The translations under genes were made by a program, and so were the position numbers. The notes under the pieces are model-generated. The model worked only from the letters and a program-made list of their open reading frames with translations, was not told the origin of the DNA and did not search any database. Positions 1-6,778 of a stretch of DNA of 13,324 nt are shown here, piece after piece. This DNA is from Fidelibacterota bacterium. GTDB lineage: Bacteria; Fidelibacterota; Marinisomatia; Marinisomatales; TCS56. The stretch's first letter is position 1. Every line of letters starts with the position of its first letter. The stretch lies in NCBI GenBank assembly GCA_043822705.1, contig JBDRBK010000071.1, positions 1 through 13,324 on the forward strand. The letters are read 5' to 3'.

Positions 1-60
1 GGCCGCGGACCATTCTCGGTCAGTTCTCTCAATAGTTCTGCTGTGGAACTCTTTTTTCAT
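1..60 (-). CDS. Possible 5' end of a gene running off the left edge (MKKEFHSRTIERTDREWSAA...); could instead be a 5' UTR
   Basis: ATG at 60-58 preceded by AGGTG; frame open to position 1; directly downstream of a sigma28-like promoter. Only 20 codons visible and no family recognised. Confidence 0.3.
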   Translation of the reverse strand, partial: MKKEFHSRTIERTDREWSAA

Positions 61-70
61 TACACCTACA

Positions 71-97
71 ATATCGGCTACTTTTCAGCAATCTTTA
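71..97 (-). promoter_or_regulatory. Sigma28 (FliA/SigD)-type promoter
   Basis: Minus strand reads TAAA(97-94)-gattgctgaaaagta (15 nt)-GCCGATAT(78-71), against consensus TAAA-N15-GCCGATAA; intergenic position. Confidence 0.8.
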
Positions 98-192
98 GCG
101 CTATTCAACAATATCTGATAAAATTTCACTAAACTCAGGAAAGAAAAACAATTTGCCGGGGTGGAGCGTTGCAGGCGGTAATACAGTTATAT

Positions 193-201
193 ATTATAGC
201 A
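193..201 (-). promoter_or_regulatory. Possible sigma70 extended -10 element
   Basis: Minus strand TGcTATAAT in AT-rich intergenic DNA; no convincing -35. Confidence 0.4.
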
Positions 202-233
202 AATCGACAGGTCAGCGAAGGATATACGCGAAT

Positions 234-2018
234 CTACTGGACGTCGCGGGGAAACTCGGTCAGCAGTTCCTCGGCCACCTGCTCCAGGACCGCGTCCCAG
301 CGGCAGTCAGCCACCTGCCGGAACAAACGCGCCGTCGGATACCAGTAACTGTCCTCCCGGTCATACTGCCAGCGCCAGTCCGATTGATAAGCCAGCAGAA
401 TCCAGACCGGCTGGCCGAGGGCTCCCGCCAGGTGCGCCACGGCTGAATCCACGGTGATCACCAGATCCAGTTCTCCGATCGCGGCGGCAGTATCGGCGAA
501 ATCTCCCAACGAACCGGCGATATCGACGATATTCGACCCGGCATCCGCCTCTGCCAATTCAGCAGATTGGGGGCCTTTCTGCAGACTGAAAAACCGGAAC
601 CGGTCCGATTCCAGCAGCGGCTTCCAGTCCCGCAGGTGCGTGGAACGGTTGTGGTCATTCTCATGGTCGGGGTTACCGGCCCAGCAGATTCCGATGCGCG
701 GCCGGCTGGGGTCTGCGGCAGCCAGGCTTGGGGTCACGCTCCGGCCTTCCGGAACCGCCAGGTAGGGGATTTCCCGGGCGACTGGACGGTCATTAGCGAT
801 GAAGAATTGCGGCAGGCTGAGCAGCGGCAGGTGATAGTCAAAATCAGGAGCGCTACCATCACTGGTGCACAGCAGATCGACCCCGGCCAGCGTTTCCAGC
901 AGTCCCCGCAGCGGGTTCGGCACCTTCAGTACCACCCGGCCGAAATACCGGTGCAGACCCGGTACAAACCGGCAGAACTGAATTGTATCGCCGAATCCCT
1001 GCTCGGCCCAGATCAGAATCGTTTTACCCGGTTGCGTCGCGCCGTCCCAGCGCGGCTGGGTGTAATCCCGCCGGATATTCCGGAAATCATTTTTCCGCCA
1101 GCGCCAGTCGTACAGGCGGAACCCTTCCGCCAGGCGGCCAGCGAACAACGCCACCAGCGCCAGGCTCCAGTTGGCATCGACATCGTCCGGCTGAGCGGAC
1201 AGGATGATCCGCAGGTAGTAACCGGCCTGGTCCGGATCATGCCGGGCCAGGCAGACCGCCGCCAGGTTAAGCAGCGTCGTCCGCCCATGGGGATCCACCG
1301 CCAGGGCCTGCTCCAGAACCGTCTGCGCCTCGGCCAGTCGGTTCAGTTTCAGCAGCAGATTCCCGTGATTATTCAGATAAACAGTGTTCTCCGGATCGGC
1401 GACCAACGCCCGCGTCGTACATTCCAGGCCTTCGGCATAGCGCCCCAATTCCCGGTAAATTCCGCCGAGATTGCCCAAAACCTGCGGAAAATCCAGACGC
1501 AGTTCCAGGGCCGAACAGTAATATTTCACCGCCTCCTCACGCCGATCAGTCGCCTGACAGATAATACCGAGGTTGGCCAACACCACCGGGTCATCCGGCC
1601 GGCGTTGCAGGGCCTGCCGAAAACAATCGACGGCCGAGTCGAAATCACCCAGCGCCTTGAATGCCATTCCTAACTGGCGGAACGGTTCTGACCGCCGGGG
1701 ATCGCGGTCGCGGGCCCGGGCCAGATACTCCACCGCCGGACCGTAATCACCTCCCAGCCGAAAAATTTCTCCCAGTAAATAACAGGCTTCATAATGGTCC
1801 GGCTCAATTTCCAGGGCCCGCAGGAAATATTTTTTTGCCGATTCGCGACCGTTCCGGTCCTGGGCAATCCGCCCCAGATTCAGCCAGGCCTCCGCGCATT
1901 GCGGTGCCTGGCGCAGGATAGCCCGGTAGTTGGCTTCCGCGGCGTCCAGCCGACCGGCCTGCTGGCAGGCCAGGCCCAGATTCAGTTGTTCGGTGACGGC
2001 TGAACGGTGGTCGCTCAC
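234..2018 (-). CDS. TPR-repeat protein with C-terminal GT9-like (GT-B) glycosyltransferase domain
   Basis: Multiple TPRs (e.g. AEAWLNLG...YFLRALEIEPD, VVLANLG...SALELRLD) followed by family motifs WAEQGFGDTIQFCRF, RIGICWAGNPDHENDHNRS, LDLVITVDSAVAHLAGALG, WRW..R.DS.WYPTARLFRQ. Start moved from 2099 to GTG at 2018: GTGA overlap with the upstream stop and a GAGGG RBS. Confidence 0.9.
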   Translation of the reverse strand: MSDHRSAVTEQLNLGLACQQAGRLDAAEANYRAILRQAPQCAEAWLNLGRIAQDRNGRESAKKYFLRALEIEPDHYEACYLLGEIFRLGGDYGPAVEYLARARDRDPRRSEPFRQLGMAFKALGDFDSAVDCFRQALQRRPDDPVVLANLGIICQATDRREEAVKYYCSALELRLDFPQVLGNLGGIYRELGRYAEGLECTTRALVADPENTVYLNNHGNLLLKLNRLAEAQTVLEQALAVDPHGRTTLLNLAAVCLARHDPDQAGYYLRIILSAQPDDVDANWSLALVALFAGRLAEGFRLYDWRWRKNDFRNIRRDYTQPRWDGATQPGKTILIWAEQGFGDTIQFCRFVPGLHRYFGRVVLKVPNPLRGLLETLAGVDLLCTSDGSAPDFDYHLPLLSLPQFFIANDRPVAREIPYLAVPEGRSVTPSLAAADPSRPRIGICWAGNPDHENDHNRSTHLRDWKPLLESDRFRFFSLQKGPQSAELAEADAGSNIVDIAGSLGDFADTAAAIGELDLVITVDSAVAHLAGALGQPVWILLAYQSDWRWQYDREDSYWYPTARLFRQVADCRWDAVLEQVAEELLTEFPRDVQ

Positions 2019-3556
2019 AGGGAACCCTCGTTCAAGTAGATCAAACCGTTTTTCAGGGCCAGCGATGGCACGATCGGATTGATACCGGCCCGGAGACATT
2101 CCCCAACCGCCACACCAGTCCGAACCAAACGCAGAAATTCATTGACAGCGGTCGAATCCACCGATTTCATTAACAAGGCCTGCTGCGGCAGCAGCCAGGG
2201 GGTATTCAGGAACTGTTCCCCGGCCGGGGTCAGCCCGACGACCTGGTCGTCCCAGACCGCCGTGGGATGGCCGGCGAACAGGTCGAGAAAATTCCAGTGC
2301 CCGGGATAACTTTCGGTCGATGGAGCCGGAGCGAACGGAACGGCAGGGACCTGTTCCGCCAGCAGTTCACCGAGGCGTTGCCCAATCTTCAGCGGCGTGT
2401 AGTCGGTTACCGAAACGCGGGCGGCGGCGCTCATTTGCCGCCATAGTGAACGATCATCCGCCAGACGCCGAATCTGCATCGCCGCCTGCCGGGGATCGAT
2501 GCTGACCCCGGCGGCCCACCAGCCATGATATACCGCCTCACTGACAATCGTCTGCACCCGGAACAGTTCTTCGGGAATCGCCGCCGCCACTGTCGGCAGC
2601 AGAATGCCGTCGACATCATTGGTCACCAGTGAGCGAAAGCCATCGAAATCGGCAACCACCGGAACACAGCCGTAATGCTTGGACTCCAGCAGCGCCAGGC
2701 CGAATGTTTCCTGGTAATTGTCCGACGGCAGAAACAGAACATGGCTGTCCCGGTATAATTGGGCTTTTTGCTTTTCGTCCACCGCGACCAGCACTTCCAC
2801 GCCCAGCGGCACCAGCAGCTGCTGCAACAGTTTCACATAGCTCTGATTATCGCCGGCCCCGGCCACCACAAAGCGGATGCCTGACGACGCCGGCAACTCC
2901 CGGATGATGGCCGCCAGCACCAGCAGGTCGGCCTTGGTCTGCCAGTCCAGCCGGCCCAGCGAAAGGACCTGAAAGGGTTGCTCCGGTTTCCCGATCGTCG
3001 GGGTCGCCTCCGGCGCTTCGTAGGCCAGCGGCAACAGGAACAGCGACGGTCCGGCCGGCACGGCCTTGAGCGTTGCCACCACCATGCCTAACAGTTTGCT
3101 CACCACCGCCACCGCGCTGGGCGAGGTACAGATGATCCCGTCCCGGGCGGTGGCCCCAGCGGTCAGAATCCGGTAGAGCGCCGCCGTGTAGCGCTGGTAA
3201 CTGAGGCTGTGGGTCCAGCCGAATACCGGCCAGTCCAATCTCTGCCGGTTGCGAAAGTCGACCCAGTCCGGATAACCGGCGACAAAGTCGGAACAAAAGA
3301 TCGCGCCATTACAATAGCGGCCGACCGCCGCCACCAGCTCCGGCAGCGATTGCAGTGTCACCAGTTTCCGCCGGACCGGCTCCGGCAGTTCCAGCGGCAG
3401 GAAAAATTTTGCCGGTGTCGTAGTCAATACGTACTCCACCTGCTCGCTGAGGAACAACGCTTTCAGCAGGCTGCGGTTGGCAAAGGCGCGGCCGAAATAA
3501 CCCTGTTCGTCCAGCGAAAAGGCATCACCCAGCAGAACGGCGAAACGTTCGGTCAT
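2015..3556 (-). CDS. Glycosyltransferase family 4 (GT-B, retaining)
   Basis: 513 aa; VLSLGRLDWQTKADL, LFLPSDNYQETFGLALLE (E-x7-E motif), GCVPVVADFDGFRSLV..DVDGIL are typical of Glycos_transf_1/GT4. Confidence 0.88.
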   Translation of the reverse strand: MTERFAVLLGDAFSLDEQGYFGRAFANRSLLKALFLSEQVEYVLTTTPAKFFLPLELPEPVRRKLVTLQSLPELVAAVGRYCNGAIFCSDFVAGYPDWVDFRNRQRLDWPVFGWTHSLSYQRYTAALYRILTAGATARDGIICTSPSAVAVVSKLLGMVVATLKAVPAGPSLFLLPLAYEAPEATPTIGKPEQPFQVLSLGRLDWQTKADLLVLAAIIRELPASSGIRFVVAGAGDNQSYVKLLQQLLVPLGVEVLVAVDEKQKAQLYRDSHVLFLPSDNYQETFGLALLESKHYGCVPVVADFDGFRSLVTNDVDGILLPTVAAAIPEELFRVQTIVSEAVYHGWWAAGVSIDPRQAAMQIRRLADDRSLWRQMSAAARVSVTDYTPLKIGQRLGELLAEQVPAVPFAPAPSTESYPGHWNFLDLFAGHPTAVWDDQVVGLTPAGEQFLNTPWLLPQQALLMKSVDSTAVNEFLRLVRTGVAVGECLRAGINPIVPSLALKNGLIYLNEGSL

Positions 3557-3607
3557 CGGCGCTACCCGCTGGACCAGTCCGTGGTTGGTTTCATCACTGC
3601 CGAAACG

Positions 3608-3623
3608 AGCAAGATTCGTGCCT
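3608..3623 (-). promoter_or_regulatory. Sigma54 (RpoN) -24/-12 promoter for the glycosyltransferase operon
   Basis: Minus strand AGGCACGAATCTTGCT: GG-N10-GC, matching TGGCACG-N4-TTGCW at all but the first base; about 50 nt upstream of the ATG at 3556. Confidence 0.75.
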
Positions 3624-3723
3624 GCGTCGCGGTCAGCCGTTCACCGGGCGCTTCCGGTTTTCAACCAAACCGGGAAAAATGTTAGATTGCGGTCTGCTTA
3701 AAACTCAATTACGGGATAACAGG

Positions 3724-4125
3724 ATGAAATACAAGGAAGGGGAACTGTTGATCCGGATCGTCGATCTGGACCGGACCGCCGGCGAACTGGGGTTGGATTC
3801 GTTGGATAAGCTGCAGACCGTCGACGTCATGCAGCACGTCAATCGCCTGACCGCCCTGCTGGAAGACATCGGCATTGCCTTCGATGACCTGCAGGTTTTT
3901 TACGATGATTTCACCATTCAGTTGCGGGATGAGTATCGCCAACTGCCGCTGGCGGACCAGTACCCGGTGCTGACCCTGGTGGAATATGACCGCTGGTTCC
4001 GGGAAATTCTGGAGGCGGTCCAGATCGCCCACACGATTTACCATGACCAGCAATTGGAGCGGTTGCGGGCGCTGGAGACCAGCGCCGGCGTTTTCATTAA
4101 CAGTGTCATCCGGGCCGGCGACTGA
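3724..4125 (+). CDS. Hypothetical acidic protein (133 aa)
   Basis: ORF with genome-typical GC3-rich codons; ATG at 3724 preferred to 3679; stop lies 14 nt before the next gene. No family recognised. Confidence 0.7.
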   Translation: MKYKEGELLIRIVDLDRTAGELGLDSLDKLQTVDVMQHVNRLTALLEDIGIAFDDLQVFYDDFTIQLRDEYRQLPLADQYPVLTLVEYDRWFREILEAVQIAHTIYHDQQLERLRALETSAGVFINSVIRAGD

Positions 4126-4139
4126 ATCCGGGGGGTAAA

Positions 4140-4655
4140 GTGGACAATTACGACGCACTAAGCCGCGAGCAACTGCTGGGCGTGATCGACGACTTCGCTA
4201 AAAACTGGCTGGCACATGACGGCCTGTGGTTCCAGGCGGTGGAGCAAGTCCACGGAATGGCGGCCGCCATCGACGCCGACCGCGAGGCCTGGCGGCGGTT
4301 TACCGTAATCGAGGCCCGGCGGATCATGAAACGCCACCACATCCCCGCCGGCAGCGGTCTGGCCGGACTGAAAAAAGCGCTGGGCTACCGCCTCTACGCC
4401 CGGCTGAATCAGCAGAGTATCGTCGATGAAACCGCAACTTCCTTTGTATTTCAGATGAACGCCTGCCGCGTTCAGGCCGCCCGGGAGCGCCAGGGGCTGG
4501 CGGACTTCCCCTGCCGGAGCGTCGGCCTGGTGGAATACAGCGAATTCGCCCGCACCATCGATGAACGCATCACCACCGCGTGCGTGGCCTGCCCGCCGGA
4601 CGAGCACCCGGCTGAATTCCACTGCGCCTGGAAATTCAGCCTGGAACAGCCTTAG
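4140..4655 (+). CDS. DUF6125 family protein
   Basis: NWLAHDGLWFQAVE, CRVQ.AR.R.GL.DFPC.SVG.VEY..FA..ID.RI...C..CPPD.HP....CAWKF pattern recognised as DUF6125; GTG start after a GGGGG RBS. Confidence 0.8.
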   Translation: MDNYDALSREQLLGVIDDFAKNWLAHDGLWFQAVEQVHGMAAAIDADREAWRRFTVIEARRIMKRHHIPAGSGLAGLKKALGYRLYARLNQQSIVDETATSFVFQMNACRVQAARERQGLADFPCRSVGLVEYSEFARTIDERITTACVACPPDEHPAEFHCAWKFSLEQP

Positions 4656-4703
4656 GCCAGGACCGGTCGGTGAATGCCTGACCAATCAGCACAGGAGGTT
4701 GTA

Positions 4704-5189
4704 ATGGAATTAAAAAATACCATGAGCATTAAAAATTTGTCAGCCGCCGTAATAATCTGCCTGCTGATCGGACTAAGTTCCTGTGATAAAAACGAGCCCG
4801 AGAATGGCAGCTTAAAATTGGATGCAATCGACTATACAGGGTGTTTTGTTGATCATCCTGAATACACATTCAAGATGGCGCAAGCCATTACGGACACCCT
4901 GTTTTTTTCGATCGAGCAGAATACTTTGTGCCTGAATATGATTATTAACTACAATTGCTGCGGGCTGTTGAGCGATTCCGTAGTAACTGACAACCGCGAA
5001 GTGAATATTTTTATTGCCGACACCTGCCGTGAATTTTGTGAGTGCTGGTGTATCTGCGATTATGGATTTGAATATAAGTTTACCGGTTTTCAGGGGGGGA
5101 ATACCCATTTTTCCATTTACCTGAAACCGTTGAATGACAGCCAATATCAATTCTGGAACGATATAATCTTCATTGACGGGTCGGATTGA
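4704..5189 (+). CDS. Cys-rich predicted lipoprotein, function unknown
   Basis: AGGAGG at 4693-4698 before ATG 4704; signal peptide with lipobox LSS-C; Cys pattern YTGC...NCC...CREFCECWCIC; more AT-rich than its neighbours. Confidence 0.8.
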   Translation: MELKNTMSIKNLSAAVIICLLIGLSSCDKNEPENGSLKLDAIDYTGCFVDHPEYTFKMAQAITDTLFFSIEQNTLCLNMIINYNCCGLLSDSVVTDNREVNIFIADTCREFCECWCICDYGFEYKFTGFQGGNTHFSIYLKPLNDSQYQFWNDIIFIDGSD

Positions 5190-5197
5190 AACCAAAA

Positions 5198-5461
5198 CGG
5201 GCGCAGGCCTCCGGGACGCACCGTCCACTCCCCTTCACTGCCCGTTCGCACCTGCCGGACCAGCCGTTCCCGCCCCCCGGATCACGCGGCCTGCACCCCC
5301 GGAACACCCGTTCCCTACCGGTGGAACGGTCGTTCCACACCCCCTGACCGTGCGGTCGCGCCCCCCGGAACATACCTTCCCTGCCCCCGGAACTACCGTT
5401 CCAGACCGGCGGATCGCCTGGTCAACACCTGCGGACTGCCCTTTCCCACCCCTTGGAACGA
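5198..5461. repeat. Degenerate tandem array of 22-bp palindromic units (about 12 copies), consensus ccGTTCC-N8-GGAACnn
   Basis: Units start exactly every 22 nt with no indels, e.g. 5264 ccgttcccgccccccggatcac, 5308 ccgttccctaccggtggaacgg, 5374 accttccctgcccccggaacta, 5396 ccgttccagaccggcggatcgc, 5440 cctttcccaccccttggaacga. The first two units (5198, 5220) are weak. Confidence 0.9.
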
Positions 5462-5532
5462 CTGGTTAAAAGCCTGGGAAGGCAGGCGGCAATGCCGTTA
5501 AATTTCCCATTATGCAGCAGCAGGGGTAAGCG

Positions 5533-5898
5533 ATGGTAAATCAAGTCGTCAATTTTGCAGACAAATTCCGTCAGTTCAGCGACCGCTGGTCGCCCAAAAT
5601 CATTGCCCGAATGAATGATTACCATTTCAAGCTGGTCCGGGTGGCCGGCGATTTCACCTGGCACGAACACCGGGATACCGATGAAGTGTTCATCGTGCTG
5701 GAAGGGCAACTGGGAATCGATTTCCGGGACCGGCGCATTATACTCGGAGCCGGGGAGTTACTGGTGGTGCCCAAGGGCGTCGCCCATAAACCGTTTGCCG
5801 AACAGGAATGCAAACTCCTGCTGGTCGAACCGGCGGGCACGGTCAATACCGGCGACGCCGGCGGACCGCAAACCGCCGCCAACGATGCCTGGATATAA
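5533..5898 (+). CDS. Cupin domain protein
   Basis: WSPKIIARMNDY, FTWHEHRDTDEVFIVLEG (cupin motif 1) and GELLVVPKGVAHKP (motif 2). Confidence 0.92.
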   Translation: MVNQVVNFADKFRQFSDRWSPKIIARMNDYHFKLVRVAGDFTWHEHRDTDEVFIVLEGQLGIDFRDRRIILGAGELLVVPKGVAHKPFAEQECKLLLVEPAGTVNTGDAGGPQTAANDAWI

Positions 5899-5976
5899 AC
5901 GGGTCGCGGATCATGGACTCCGGCTTTTACGGCAATTGCCGGTAACCGCAAACAGCAATTTTCCGGATAATTGGCA

Positions 5977-6558
5977 ATGAAAAAAGTCTTATTACTGCTG
6001 GCTGACGGATTTGAAACCTACGAGGCCAGTGTATTCATCGATGTGATCGGCTGGAATCTGATCGACGGCGACCACTCCACCGAGCTGTTTTCCAGCGGCT
6101 TGAAAAAGGAAATCAGCAGCTCGTTCAATCAAAGATTCATCGTCGATTATCTGATCGATGAAATCGCTGCGGCCGACTTTGACGCGCTGGCGATACCCGG
6201 CGGATTCGAGGAATATGATTTTTATCAGGGGGCCTATTCCACCGCTTTCCTGAACCTGATCCGGGAATTCCACCGCCAAAACAAGCTGATCGCTACGATC
6301 TGCGTAGCCGCCCTACCGTTAGGCAAGAGCGGCGTGCTCGCCGGCAGGCAGGGTACGACCTACAACCTGAAGGCGGTGCGGCAGGATGCCCTGCGAACCT
6401 TCGGGGTCACGGTGCTGAACCAGCCGATCGTGCGGGACGGCAACCTGATCACCTCCTGGAACCCGGCGACGGCGATCGACGTCGCCCTGCTCCTGCTGGA
6501 ATTGCTGACCACCCGCCAAAATGCGGATCACATCCGGAAAATAATGGGCTTTGAATAA
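5977..6558 (+). CDS. DJ-1/PfpI family protein
   Basis: MKKVLLLLADGFETYE, FDALAIPGG, nucleophile elbow IATICVAA, IVRDGNLITS..PATA; ATG at 5977. Confidence 0.92.
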   Translation: MKKVLLLLADGFETYEASVFIDVIGWNLIDGDHSTELFSSGLKKEISSSFNQRFIVDYLIDEIAAADFDALAIPGGFEEYDFYQGAYSTAFLNLIREFHRQNKLIATICVAALPLGKSGVLAGRQGTTYNLKAVRQDALRTFGVTVLNQPIVRDGNLITSWNPATAIDVALLLLELLTTRQNADHIRKIMGFE

Positions 6559-6563
6559 CAATT

Positions 6564-6594
6564 ACCGGACCGCAGGCGGTCGGACCGGTTTGTT
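6564..6594 (+). terminator. Possible terminator hairpin after the DJ-1 gene
   Basis: GACCG-cagg-CGGTC stem, extendable with ACCGG/CCGGT, followed by tttgtt; weak U tract. Confidence 0.25.
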
Positions 6595-6778
6595 GCCGTC
6601 TCGCGCAAAAACTTCTTTCAAAATCAACCATTTCCGGTGTAGAATTCGTCGAATCGGTAAATGGGTAACTACGAGTCTTCGAATTAAAAATTACAATTTT
6701 AGTGAAATACTCCGGTTAAAACGCAGTTGTAAGTGTGTCGAGTGTTGGAGCACGTGGCAAAATTTGGTGAGCAAATAA

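Noticed and set aside
153..446. 97-aa plus-strand ORF and other short alternative-frame ORFs in the track
   Set aside because: Overlap stronger genes, lack RBS or motifs, and have the Arg/Pro/Gly-rich composition of off-frame GC-rich DNA.
567..1673. 368-aa plus-strand ORF
   Set aside because: Antisense shadow of the TPR-glycosyltransferase gene in GC-rich DNA; no recognisable motifs.
2019..2099. N-terminal extension of the TPR protein to ATG 2099
   Set aside because: Would overlap the GT4 gene by 85 nt; GTG 2018 has an RBS and a classic GTGA coupling.
5198..5461. CRISPR array
   Set aside because: Period is only 22 nt, with degenerate arms and no unique 25-45 nt spacers; no cas genes in the window.
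6551..6778. 75-aa ORF abutting the deaminase gene (possible antitoxin/partner)
   Set aside because: TTG start with no RBS, crosses a hairpin and the GC transition, and has no recognisable motif. Not fully excluded without a tBLASTn search.
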